A DNA stretch of 64,000 nt, taken from the NCBI RefSeq assembly GCF_009914755.1, contig NC_060934.1, one strand, 5' to 3'. The notes below the pieces were generated by a model. That model saw only the letters and a program-made list of their open reading frames with translations, had not been told where the DNA came from and made no database searches. This DNA comes from the human T2T-CHM13v2.0 reference genome, Homo sapiens. The position numbers and the translations under genes are program-made. Shown here piece after piece: positions 16,481 through 29,575 of this stretch; position 1 is the first letter of the stretch, and every line of letters starts with the position of its first letter.

Positions 16481-16749
16481 AGGATGAATACTGACCAAAA
16501 CAATGCTAAATGGAACTGGTGAAATACTACTTTAAAACAAGAAATGATTCACATACAAAAAAATAAAATTGAAAATAATTTTTCTAAAAGAAAATGTATA
16601 TGTGTATACGTGTATATACACACATATAATGTCTTATCAATGAAATGTATTATTTTCATCCAATTACTTTCACCCTCTAAACATAAGTTTATGAGTTTAT
16701 TCAATAATAATTACAATGTAACATGCACTATAAAATTTAAACTCCCTTA

Positions 16750-17468
16750 GGTGAGGAGCGTCTCTGCCCAGCTGCCCCGTCTGGGAAGTGAGGAGCGCCT
16801 CTGCCTGGCCGCCCCGTCTGGGAGGTGAGGAGCGCCTCTGCCCAGCTGCCCCATCTGGGATGTGAGGAGCACCTCTGCCTGGCCGCTGTGCAACCTTCCA
16901 AGTGTGAAGTGACAGCCTTTCTGCAGGTGTACCCAACAGCTCCGAAGAGACAGCAACCATCGAGAACGGGCCATGATGAGGATGGTGGTTTTGTTGAAAG
17001 GAAAAGGGGGAATTGTGGGGAAAAGAAAGAGAGATCAGATTGTTACTGTGTCTGTGTAGAAAGAAGTAGACATAGGAGACTCCATTTTGCTCTGTACTAA
17101 GAAAAATTCTTCTGCCTTGGGATGCTGTTAATCTATAACCTTACCCCCAACCCCGTGCTCTGAAACATGTGCTGTGTCAACTCAGGGTTAAATGGATTAA
17201 GGGCAGTGCAAGATGTGCTTTGTTAAACAGATGCTTGAAGGCAGCATGCTAGTTAAGGGTCATCACCACTCCCTAATCTCAAGTACCCAGGGACACAAAC
17301 ACTGCGGAAGGCCACAGGGACCTCTCCCTAGGAAAACTAGAGATCTTTGTTCACGTGTTTATCTGCTGGCCTTCTCTCCACTATTATCCTATGACCCTGC
17401 CATATCCCCCTCTCCAAGAAACACCCAAGAATGATCAATAAATACTAAAAAAAAAAAAAAAAAAAAAA
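16750..17468 (+). mobile_element. 5'-truncated SVA (SVA_A-like): VNTR remnant, SINE-R and poly(A)
   Basis: About 3.5 VNTR units (gtgaggagcgcctctgcc...ccccgtctggga), HERV-K env/LTR-derived SINE-R, AATAAA 17437-42, A-tail, TSD ttaaactccctta on both sides. Confidence 0.93.
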
Positions 17469-18278
17469 TTAAACTCCCTTAAAATATCATTTTCGCAAAA
17501 ATGATATTATAAATGTCCAAAGCACTGGTTCTTTGATCATTGATAAAACTCATCATCACCGTCTAATTATCAATGCTATTTCATGGAAATTTTGGCAACT
17601 TTATATAGCTTTTTACCATCTTTTAGATGTATTTTCCTCATTTCAACAAAGCACCCTTAGCAAAATGTGGCATATCATGAACAAAGAGAAGGAAAGATCT
17701 CAGTCAAAAATTGAAGGTGGTAGAGGCATTTTTATCACTGATCTATTTTAGCACCTACTGGCCTGTGTCCCCGAGAGGTACATCTTTATCCCCTCAGTCC
17801 AACCAATTTTCCATTCCTTTTCTCTGTGACAGCAACTGTGGCATGTTCTTTCCTTTCTTCCTTTCTCACTTCATTGTCTCACCGAGAAAGCCAAGAGGAA
17901 TACCTGTTTGCCGTTTGGATTAGGAAACATTAATATAACTCACGTAAGGAAGAATAAAATGTTAATTTTCTTATCTCCTTACTTTCTCCTTGTTTTCTTA
18001 TCTCCTTACTTTTCTATCTGGAATCACGTTTTCCCCCCATCTTTCAACTCACACCCTCTCCAAATTGTTACATGTAAATTTATTATCAACCTATCCATTC
18101 TTATTTTCTAATTTTCTCTATCTCCTCATAAATCTCCATAATTTGGGTTTTCTATTAGGCTTGTTTACATTCTTATTTGGATGACTATTTTAACACATCA
18201 GGTAACCTTTTCCAAAAATTTCTGTAACAGTAAGACAATTTCCTAGATTTTCCTAGGATATGAGGTAAAATTATCTCG

Positions 18279-18544
<266 letters not shown>

Positions 18545-19811
18545 TAAAAAATTTATTTTTCTGTCTCCACTCTGCTAAGCATCAAAAATATTCCTACAAA
18601 AATTCAGAGCAATAGCTCAGTTATAAAACCTAACTTTTTAAACTTTTTCTTATTCCTTTCCTCTGAACCCAAAAATCTATCAGGCTAAATAGTTCTTACA
18701 ACTGATACTAACCTTGCAGTAAATAAAATTTTGAAAACATTTCTGGAATTAGTTTTATGAGACATAAAATTCAGGACTAAGTATTCCTTCAGAATCACCC
18801 AGGCTAGTCAATCTTTCTGATTTGGGAAAGTAAGCTCCCTTCTGATCTCATGATTTACAGTAATAACTTTGTGGTAAGAGCCAACAAATACTTAATTAGT
18901 CTACTTGTCATAAATGTGCTCTGTGGACAATTAAGCATGTCAAGTTTATACAGTAGGGGTGACTTACAGAGATAGAAAATGTGACTTTAAAGATTGTGAA
19001 TCCATGGGGGAATTCTTTATGAGATGGCTTACTGCATTAGAAAAATGCAAACAAATCTTGCTAACAGCCCAATAAAATCTATGGGGCCATATTTCTGACT
19101 TGCAGTGAAAATCTTTAATTCTAAAATTTCTTGTCCTCCTATGCACACCCTTGTTTCATTCTTCATATTAGCAAACTTTCCCCTACACCAGAGTGCTGGC
19201 TTGTGCCAGGCACAGCTTTTTCAAGGCTGCCTCCCTGCTGATTTGTCTCCCCTGACAAGATCCAGTTGGCTTCATAAAATGCTGTCTGCATAGTTTTGAA
19301 CTTGATCGATTTCTTTGAGACATTAGCTCACATAAGAAATATGTCTTCCCAGATGCTGAGGCACATGCTTTCTCTTTCTGGATCCCTGTGAGGCATGAAC
19401 TCTGGCGACCCAGCTTGGCAATTGGAATTTCTGAAGCAATGTATCATCAGCTGTCTTCAAATCATGGCAGCATCCAAATGCTCAAGCATTTGCCTACTAA
19501 AGTAAGAGAAATGTCCTTAGACCCATTGATACACCCTGACATCACTCACCGGCAGTGCCTTTTCTGTGAGGTCAGAGAGAACAGTCAGTGTCCCAGGCTG
19601 AGCCTCTGGTTGTCACAGAACCAGGCATAATCATAGCAGGTTTCTTTCATCACCCTCAGCCAGATGTTAGCCTCAGGATCTCCATTGTTTACTAAATGTA
19701 GTATCTTCTTAGTATTAGTAAAAGAAAACTATTTTTTAGAGCAGATATTATATATTAGGCACAGGATATAAGAAATGTGCTTATGTTAATACATTAATAT
19801 CAATGACTTTT

Positions 19812-20244
19812 TGTTTTAGTCTGTTTTTGTATTGTTAAAAAGGGAGACCTGAGGCTGAGTAATTTACAAAGAAAGCAGGTTCATTTAGCTCACAGCTCTA
19901 TAGGCTGTATAGGAATCATGGTGCCAGAATCTGCTTCTGGAGAGGGACTCAGGCTGCTTCCACTCATGGCAGATGGTAAAGGAGAGCCAGCATGTACAGA
20001 GATCACCTGGTGGGAAAAGAGGCGAGAGAAAGCTGAGAAGGTGTCAGACTCTTTTCAACAACCAGTTCTTGTGGGAACTAAGGGTGGGAACTCACTCACT
20101 TTCATGAGAATAATACCAAGACATTCTTGAGGGATCTGCCCCCATGATCCAAACACCACCCCCCAGCCCCCACCTCCCACAATGAGGATCAAATTTTAAC
20201 CTAAGACTTGGTGGGGTCAAGCAAATGATATTCAAACCATAGCA
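19812..20244 (-). mobile_element. MaLR solo LTR, MSTB-type
   Basis: tgttttagtctg...aaaccatagca; approximate 5-bp TSD ctttt / cattt. Confidence 0.85.
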
Positions 20245-20329
20245 CATTTGCAAGAAAATATGATTACGATTTTACAGATAGAAAAACCAGAGCTCGGTGG
20301 TACTAATAGCTGAATCAACCACACCACTC

Positions 20330-22015
20330 CCCATTTTGAATATAGTTTCATCTGTTGTTACCATTTTTAAGGCTCCACCATCCTCTCCAACATTCCCTGG
20401 AAGCTTCAAAATCCCATTAACAATTTTTATTTCAACCTCAACCCCTGTAATTATCCTGAGACATTTCAATGCTTAGAATTACCCCTCATCTCAATCATTA
20501 CATCCCCTTAAACTCCTTAAATCTAGCAAACTTTATAGTCGCTCCTTGGAAATTCACTAACTATATTGGCATCTGGATGTGCTCCACTTTAGAATTTCAC
20601 ACTACTGTTTTAATTTTGGCCATGACCTTTCATCCTGACCTTTCATCCTGCTCATTCTCTTTTCCTTCACTCACATCCATGTGCACACAACTGCATCATG
20701 CCCTCCAGCACCTCAACTCTTCTATTGCTGTCTAGTCTTCCAGATGGATAAATCATCTCACTGCTTCAGCCTTCTCTCCAGAGACCTACCTCTGTAACTG
20801 CCCTTTGTTGATCTCTGTCAACTTCTTTATGCATTAACACCTTTGCTGTTCCTGCTACAAAACCCTGGCCCTGTTTACCGGACGTTTGTTCCTACTCACC
20901 ACTTCTGGAGAACAGAGACATCCTAGTGAAAGTGACTAAACTGACCAGCCAGGCTCCAATACAAACACGTGGTTTCCAAGTCTTTTGAAACTCAAAATTA
21001 GATTATCTGGTTCTTTATTTTGTAAATCTATGTTCTCTCTCAATATATGCTTCCAATTGGCATAAGCATGCTCCTGTTTCCCCCTTAATAAAATACCCAC
21101 AAAAATATTGGAATTCTATAATTTTTTCTAGTCCCTGTTATTTGTCTCCTTTGCTTTGCATCCAAATTTCTCAACTGTTCATACATATTTGATGTACTTA
21201 TATGTATTCTGGATTTCTCTCCCACTCTTTTGTTAAAACAACTTCTGATTATGTCACCTGTTGTTGAATCCAGCAGGTGTTTTTAATCTTCATCTTATGG
21301 CATCTATGGCATTTTGTACCATGAACTCCTTTAGTCACCCATGAAACAGCACTCTACTGAATGTCTTTCTAGCTTTCAGTCCTTTCCCTTGCCTCCTTTT
21401 TAGGCTCATTCTATTCCTCACTGTTATTAAGTGTTGGAGTTCCTCAATATAAGGCCATATTGTAACTATTTACTTTCTCCTAGCAAGCACATCAATACCT
21501 ATCTTTTCAATTTCCCTTGTATACAACTGACTGGCAAATAAAACCTCTATACAGATCTGCTCAATAAAACTATTTGCAATGTTGAAATGTTCTATAATCT
21601 TTGCCACCTAATATGGTACATATATTGAATAAACCTTTCCATTTCTCCAGCTGCTCAAGATAATCACCTTAGCATACATTCAAGATCCTGTGGGGTCATG
21701 TCTCATTATGCTCCATCTTCCTTTAGCAGCTTATGCTAACTTTTTTTTCTGGAAACATCATAACCAATTTTCCCCCCATTGAAAACCTTTGGACACTTCC
21801 TTGAAGTAACCTTTCTCAACTCCTGGTATCAATTTTCTCAATTATCTTCTGGAAATGTGTATTAATTTGTGTGATTCTTTGATTAATATCTGACTTTTTA
21901 AAATAAGAGCAGAGGCCTTTGCTTTTTGTAGATGTTTTGTTCACCATTTTAATCCCAGGGCCTAGTTAAGTTGCTGGAATATAACAGATGTACATTAAAT
22001 ATGTGTTGAAATAGC
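20330..22015 (+). mobile_element. Degraded L2 fragments
   Basis: Pyrimidine-rich L2-like sequence ending in an L2 3'-end motif (gttcaccattttaatcccagggcctag...taaatatgtgttgaa). Confidence 0.55.
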
Positions 22016-22164
22016 ATTTTCCTAAGTTCTGGATTTGTAGATAGCTCCAACTTCTTCTTAGATATTTTTATATGTTCCAAAGCCATCTTAAAATGATTTT
22101 ACTACTCTGCCCCATACCTCTTACTATTACTACACACACACACACACACACAAACAACCCTATA

Positions 22165-25100
22165 CAGACATACTTAAGATATATGACAACATACTTAAGA
22201 TATATGACACATTCGGTTCCAGGCCAGAGCAATAAAATGAATATGCAATAAAGCTAATCCCACAACTTTTTTTGTTTCCCAATGCATAAGAAAGTTATGT
22301 TTTAGGGGGCTTTAAGATGGCTGGCTAGAGGCATCTGGCACTCACCTCCCCCACAAAACAAACCCCAAAATAGTAAGTAGGTAATCACACTTCACATAGA
22401 TCACCTAAGGCAGAACAGTGGAATTCAGCAGAGAAGTGACAGGAAACACTAAGGCATAGAAGGAGAGAGAAGCAAGGCAGCCAGCTGGGCCAGGATTGGG
22501 TGGGAGACTGGAGAGGCTCCTCGATGCAAGGAAAGGGTGAGTAAAAGATTCACAGTGATCCAAATTCCCACCACAGACTCATGCCTGGAGTTTGGGCGAT
22601 GGCATTGCTCCAGAGAGGGAGCTCATGCTAGGTCCCACATTCCCCTACCAAACCCAAGCAGCTGTATAGCGCCATCCTGACAGTCCAGACCCTACAACAT
22701 TGCATCTTGCCCTGGGGTCTAACAGCCCCTGCACCTCTATATCCCTGAATCCCCACTGATATACCCTCCACATCCACCTGGAGGACTACAGTGGTGCCAT
22801 TGCCCATTGGACCCAGCAGTGTGGCAGGGACCTCAACACTGCAGCCCACACAATGTCCTACTGGGAACAGGTGGTGCAGCACACCAGGGAGGCTGCCCCA
22901 GACAAAGGGAGTCTAAGTGTGCACTCCCCAGAGCCTGAAAACCACTTGCCTGGGGCTGTTGCCACTGATGGTAACCCTGTCTCCCACCAGCAGCAGAGCC
23001 ACTGCACTCTTCCACATATCCTGAGAGCCCTGAGAAGAGGCTCTCCCCGCCCATTACTGCTGCTGTTGCTGCCACCTGAACACACCACTGGGCCCTGGAA
23101 ATAGCCTTGTCCTGCCCACCACAACCCGGTGGGATTGCATCAGCAAGGCGAGTGAGAATAGGCCCACCCAGCCTGGTACAATCCCCTCAGCACCACCCGC
23201 TAGGGGCTTGAGATTGCCCTTCTCTGTCAATGGCCTTGGGCATGCATACAGAACATTAGAGGGCCCAACAACAGTCTCAGAAAACTAGCTGCTGGTGCCC
23301 AAACACATGGTCTGAAAGTCTGGGGATTGGCTTGGCCCATCCTCCACCACTGGTATCTGTTCACTCCTTCCAAAAGATTGAGGATGGGCACCCACTCTGC
23401 CGCCACCTCAACTGTGGGCACCTACCTGCACAGGCCACCTGACAGCCTGGGAACTGGCCTGCCCAGCCAGTTGCAGCCACTCTTAACACCAGCACAGGCT
23501 ACATGGGAGCCTGAGTGTTGCCCTGCTACTGCTACGGCCATCACACATGTACCACACATGCTGCCTAGGGGCCTGAAGATCCACCCACCAGTCCAGCTTA
23601 CTGATGCCATTGCTGGCACCTGAGCAAGCCACATACAGGCCCAAGAATTGGCCTTCCTGGACCCATTAACTCCAGTAACTCCACACGTCACCTGGGGGCC
23701 CAAAGATAGGCACACTTCACACACCACTGCCACCAATGGAGCTGAAGAATTGGCCCACTTGGCATCCTCATCCCCAGCACCCAGCCTCACCACATCCTCC
23801 ACTGACAACTGTAGTTCAAACCACTGAGGAAATCACAGACATCAATGATACTGTTTGCAGCTGAAGAAATCATTAGGGGATTACACCATAGCATGCACCC
23901 AGAATCAAGGCCAAAGGGCCATACTCAACCAACACCATAATATATCTATAGAGAAAAGTCTTCTCCTATTAAAGCCAATCCAAAAAATACAAAGAAGGAA
24001 TTGTTACATCAGATACACAGATATCAACATAAGGACACAAGAAAAATAAAAAAACAAGGAAATATGACACCTTTAAAAGAACAATAATTCTCCAGCAACA
24101 GATTGCAATGAAAAAGAAATTATGAAATGCCCGAAAAAGAATTAAAAACATTTATATTAAAGAAGCACAGGCAGGTTTAAGAGAACACAGATAAGCATTA
24201 CAAATAGATCTGAAAAACAATTCAGAATATAATGAGAAATTCACCAAAAAGATAGATATTACAAAGAAAAAAAACAAACAGAAATTCTGGAACTGAATAA
24301 TTCAATGAATAAAATATAAAATACAGTTGAAAGCTTCAACAATACAGTAGACTAAGTAGAAAAAAGAATTTCAGAACTTGAAAACAGATATTTTGAAATA
24401 ACCCCATCAGAAAAAAGCAATAAAAAGAATAAAATCAATGAATAAAGACTGAATGTCATATAAGAGACCACAAAGCAATGAAATATTTAAATGCTGGGTG
24501 TTCCAGAAGGAGAAAAGAATGGCAAAACTTAAAAATCCATTTAATGGAATAATATTGCATGTTTTCACTCATATGTGGGAGCTAAGATAGTTGATTTCAT
24601 GGAGGCAGAGTATAGAATGATAGTTACCAGAAGCTGGAAAGGGGAAGTATATATGGGGAAGCAGAGGAGTGAGGTTGGTTAATTGGCACAAACATGCAGT
24701 TAGAGAGAAGGAATAAATTTTACTATTCAACAGCAGAGAAGAATGACTATAGATAGAAACAATATATTGTTTATTTCAAAATAGCTAGAAGAGAGCACTT
24801 GAAATGTTTCCAACACATAGAAATAATAAATGCTCAAGGTAATGAATACCCTAAATACCCTGACTTGATCAATACACAATTAGTGCATGCAATGAAATAT
24901 CACATGCAACTTAAAAATATTAGGTATACATTTAAAATATAATGTATACATTTAAAATTTTAAAATATATGAAAGTTATGTTTACATTATTCTGTAGTCT
25001 ACTAAGTGTGCAATAGTATTATGTCTAAAACAAAAATGTACATACCTTAACTAAAAATGCTTTATTGATTAAAAAATGCTAACAACCATCCAAGGCTTCA

Positions 25101-27217
25101 GCAAGTCATATTCTTTGCTGGTGGAGGGTGTTGCCTTGATGTTGATGGCTGCTGACTGATCAAGTTGTTGGTTGCGAAAGGTTGCAGGGCTTGTGGAAAG
25201 TTCTTAAGATGAAACAACAATAATGTTTGCCACAGAGAAATTTTTTCTTTTCATAAAAATTTTTCTGCAGTATGTGATGTTTTTTGATAACTTTTACATG
25301 CAATAGAAATTCTTTCAGAATTGGAGTCAATGATCTCAAATATTGCTGTTGATTTATCAAATTATGTAATAGTTGTCATCTTAACAATGTTAACAGTATC
25401 TTAACCAGAACTAGATTTCATCTCAAGAAATCAGTTTCTTTGCCCATCAGTAAGAAGCAACTCTGCATCTCTTCAAGTTTTATCATGAAATTGCAGCAAT
25501 GCAGTCATATCCTCAGGCTGCACTTCTAATTCTAGTTGTCTTGTTATTTCCTCGACATCTGAAGTTACTTCTTCCACTGAAACCTTTAGTACCTCAAAGT
25601 CTTCCATGAGGGTTGAAAGCTTCTTCCAAACTGCTGTTAATGTTGATATTTTGACCTCCTTTCATAAATCACAAATGTATTGAATGATATCTAGAATGAC
25701 GAATCTTTTCCAGAAGGTTTTCAATTTACTTTTCCCATATCCATCAGAGGGATCACTATCTATGAAAACAAGAGCCTTGTAAATAATAAGATTTACAGGT
25801 CAAAATTACTTCTTGATCGATGGGCTGCAGAATGGATAGTGTGTTGGCATGCATGAAAACAATATTAGTCTCTCTGTACATCTCCATCAGAACTTGAGGG
25901 TAACCAGATGTGTTGTCAAAGAGCAGTAATATTTTTTAAAAGATTTTTTTTTCTGAGCAGTAGGTCTTAATAGCAGGCATAAAATATTCAGTAAACCAGG
26001 CTATAAACAGATGTGCCATCCCCCAGGCTATGTTGTTTCATGTATAGATCTCATGCAGAGTACATTTAGCATATTTCTTAAAGGCCCTTAGATCATCAGA
26101 ATGGTAGATGAGCATTGATTCAACTTAAAGTCACCGGCTGCATTAGCCCCTAACAAGAAAGTCAGAAAGTCCTTTGAAGCTTTGAAACTAGTCAGTGATT
26201 TCTCTTCTCTAGCTATGAAAGTCCTACATGGCATCTTCTTCCAGTAGAAGGCTGTTTTGTGTACATTGAAAATCTGCTGTTTTGTGTAGCCACCTTCATC
26301 CATTACCTTAGCCAGATCTTCTGGATAATTTACTGCAGCTTCCACAGAAGCACTTACTGATTCACCTTGAACTTTTATGTTATGGAAATGGCTTCTCTCC
26401 TCAAACATCATAAACCATCTTCTGTTAGCTTCTAGCTTTTCTTCTGCAGCTTCCTCACCTCTCTCAAGTTTCCTATGAAGAGAGTTAGGGCCTTGCTAAT
26501 TCTCTAAAGAAATAGGCCCTAGGGTCTCTATCCAGACCACTCAAACTTTCTCCATACCAGCAATAAGTCTGTTTTACTTTCTTATCACTCTTGTATTCAG
26601 TGGAATAGCACATCTGACTTCCTTCAAGAACCTTTTCTTTGCATTCACAACTTAGCTAAGCATTTGGTGCAAGAGGCCCAGCTTTCAGCCTATCTCAGCA
26701 TTCAACATGCTTTCCTCACTAAGCTTAATCATTTCTAGATTTTCTGCTAAAGTGAGAGATGTGTGACTCTTTCTTTAACTTGAACACTTAGAGGTTATTT
26801 TGGGGTTATTAATTGGCCTGATTTGAATATTGTTGCTTCTCAGGAAATAGGGAGGTCTGAGAAGAGAGAGAGTGATGGGAAACAGCCAGTTGATGGAGCT
26901 GTCAGAAAAAACTGAACATAAAATAAATCAACATTTATGATTAAGTTTGCCATTTTTATGCATATTTTTGTGGTGCCCCCAAACAATTACAATGGTAACA
27001 AAAAAGATCACCGACCACAGATGACCAAAACAGATATAATAATTACAAAAAGGTTTAAAATATTTTGAGAATTACCAAAATGTGACACAGAGACACAAAG
27101 TGAGCACATACTGTGGAAAAATGGCACTGATAGACTTGCTGAAACAGGATTGCCACAAACCTTTGATTTGTAATAAGATACAATATTTGCAAAGTGCAAT
27201 AAAACAAGATATGCCTG
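22165..27217 (-). mobile_element. Near full-length Tigger1 DNA transposon (~2.37 kb without insert), interrupted by an L1
   Basis: Ends cagacatac.. and ..gatatgcctg, flanked by TA. ORF 26088-26411 ([42 protein letters not shown]) resembles Tigger1/TIGD1 transposase. Confidence 0.93.
22304..24970 (+). mobile_element. Internally deleted L1MA-type element (5'UTR plus partial ORF1 joined directly to 3'UTR) inside Tigger1
   Basis: 5' end gggggctttaagatggctggctagaggc; GC-rich 5'UTR to ~23900; ORF1-like to ~24550; L1MA 3'UTR from tattgcatgttttcactc. TSD gaaagttatgttt at 22290-22302 and 24971-24983. Confidence 0.85.
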
Positions 27218-27299
27218 TAGAACAGCATCATGGACCTTGTCATTCAGAACCAAAATTTGCAAGTTTTCTTTAAATTTGCTCTGTCTTTAGGCAGCTACA

Positions 27300-29575
27300 A
27301 AAAAAATTACAAATCATTATTGAAAATAATTAAATAAAGAATGGAGGAATATACCATGTACATAATTTAGTACTGTAACTAATGCTGTATAATTTACCCC
27401 TAAATGACCTATGGATTCAATGCAATCTCAAACATTATACCAGCAGGTCTGTTGTTACTGTTGGGTAGGAGTTGACGCCTGATACCCAAATTGACACTGA
27501 AATACAAAGGTCAGGAAATATTCAGAAAAGAAAAAAATGTTGAAGAAGAAAAAGTTTAGAGTAATTACAATAGTAGATATTAAGCTATGGGCCAGGTGTG
27601 GCTCATGCCTGTAATTCCAGCACTTTGGGAGACTGAGATGAGAGGATCATTTGAGGCCAGGAGTTGAAGACCAGCCCGGGCAACATAGTCAGACCCTGTC
27701 CCTACTAAAAAATAAAAGGGGGGGTGGGGGAGAGAGATATATAAAGTTCTTACACTTAAGACAGTCGTATTAACAGAGGGATAGCTACATCATTTAATGG
27801 AAGAGAACAGACTACAGAAATATACCAACATATACACAGACCCCCCAATTTATGAAAAAGATGTCATTTCACAGTGGTCTTTTATGCTATGATCCTTTAA
27901 AAATGTGGTCCTGAGTCAGACAGTTATGCATATTAAAAAATCTGTGCCCCTATATATACAATTCAACTCAAGGGAGATTATACACCTAAATGTAAAACTT
28001 GAAACACATTTTTTCTAGAAGAAAACATAGAAAAAGAGCTTTATGACTTAGAAGATAGGAAAAGATGGTACAAATAGGGCACAGAAAGCACTAACCTTAA
28101 TGATAATCATTGATAAATTAGTCTACATCAAAATTTTGCTTATCAAACATCAGCAAGAGCATAAAGGAGCAACCCAAAAAATGAGACAGAATAGGAGAAA
28201 CGTAACTGACCAAGGGATCCCACACAGAATATATAGAGAGAATTAAGAAAAAGATAGACACACAACAGATAAATGAGCGAAAGATGCAGGCATTTTAGCA
28301 AAAATGATATTCAACTGGCAAATAAACATACGAAAGTTGTTCAATGTTAATGCAAACTGGAAACACAATGATACCACTATATCCCCACAAGAATGGTTAA
28401 AATGAAAAAGACCCATTACATCAATTGTGGAAATGTGAGGCAACCCAACTCTCATAGTGCTAAAGAGTGGGGGTGTATTTTATAAAATTGTGTAAAGTTT
28501 TCACTGTGTATACTAAAGCACATGCATGACCTAAAAATTTCATTTGTTGCTATTTTATAGAATTGCATGCATATTTATAACAAAAGATATATACAAAAAT
28601 GTTCATATCAGGCTTATTATATATTATATTTAATATATTGTATAATATATTCTGTATATATAATATATAACAGAAGAGCATGCATATTTATAATATATAC
28701 ACAGAATATATATAATAAATATATTACAGAATTGCATGCATATTTATAACAAAAGATATATAAAAAATATTCATATCATCAGGTTTATTATATATACACA
28801 TATATATGTGTGTGTGTATATATATATATATATATTCTAGTCAGGGTCTCCTTCTGTTGCCCAGACTGGAGCACAGTGGCACAGTTATAGCTCACTGTAA
28901 CCTCAAACTCCTGGTTTCAAGCAATCCTCCTGTATCCTGAGTAGCTGGGATGACAGGTGCACACAACACACCCAGGTAATTTTTCATTTTTAATTTTTTG
29001 TAAAGATGGGGACTCTTTATGTTGTTTTGCAGGCCTATCTTGAACTCCTGGCATCAAGCAATTCTCCCACCTCAGCCTCCCAAAGCGCTGGGATGACAGA
29101 AATGAGGCACCACACCCAGCCCATATCATCAGTTTTTACAAGAGTTCCCAACTGAAAGCTACCAAAAATGTCCATAAACAATAGAATAGATAAACATGTT
29201 GTGTGATATTTACACAATGAAGGAAACTATGAGAAGGAACTGTCTATCACAATGCACAAAATCCTTGAATTTGTCAAACATAATTTTGAGCCAAACAAGT
29301 CTTACACAAAAGAGTATGTTTTGTATGATTACATTCATGTAAATGCAAAACCAGATAAAACTAATCTATGATTTTGGAGGTTCAGTTGGTGGATAGTGAC
29401 TAGAAGAGGGCACAAAAAACACTGCTGAGGGCTGGAATCTTCTAGTTCTTGGTTTCGGTGTTAGTTACATGACCGTGTTCACTTTGTGAAAATTCACAAA
29501 CTATACACTCGTGATTTGTGTATTTTTTGGTCTATATAATACTAAAACGACATAGTTTATTTAAATTAAAAAAAT
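27300..29575 (+). mobile_element. Old L1ME/L1MC-type 3' region with nested Alu monomer (27590-27716) and AluJ (28838-29121, minus)
   Basis: Degenerate L1 ORF2/3'UTR motifs; the nested Alu sequences are directly recognisable. Confidence 0.7.

Noticed and set aside
16750-16890. Repeat array resembling CRISPR
   Set aside because: It is SVA VNTR with no unique spacers, in a eukaryotic context.
20623-20648. Short tandem duplications (13 bp here; 12 bp at 35791; 21 bp at 9840; 20 bp at 17966)
   Set aside because: Ordinary slippage products with no evidence of function.
22628-23808. Cluster of GC-rich ORFs on both strands
   Set aside because: They lie in the L1MA 5'UTR and show no recognisable protein.
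26088-26411. TIGD1-like ORF
   Set aside because: It is a short remnant of a mutated Tigger1 transposase; the catalytic motif is degraded (NVHKT instead of NVDET).
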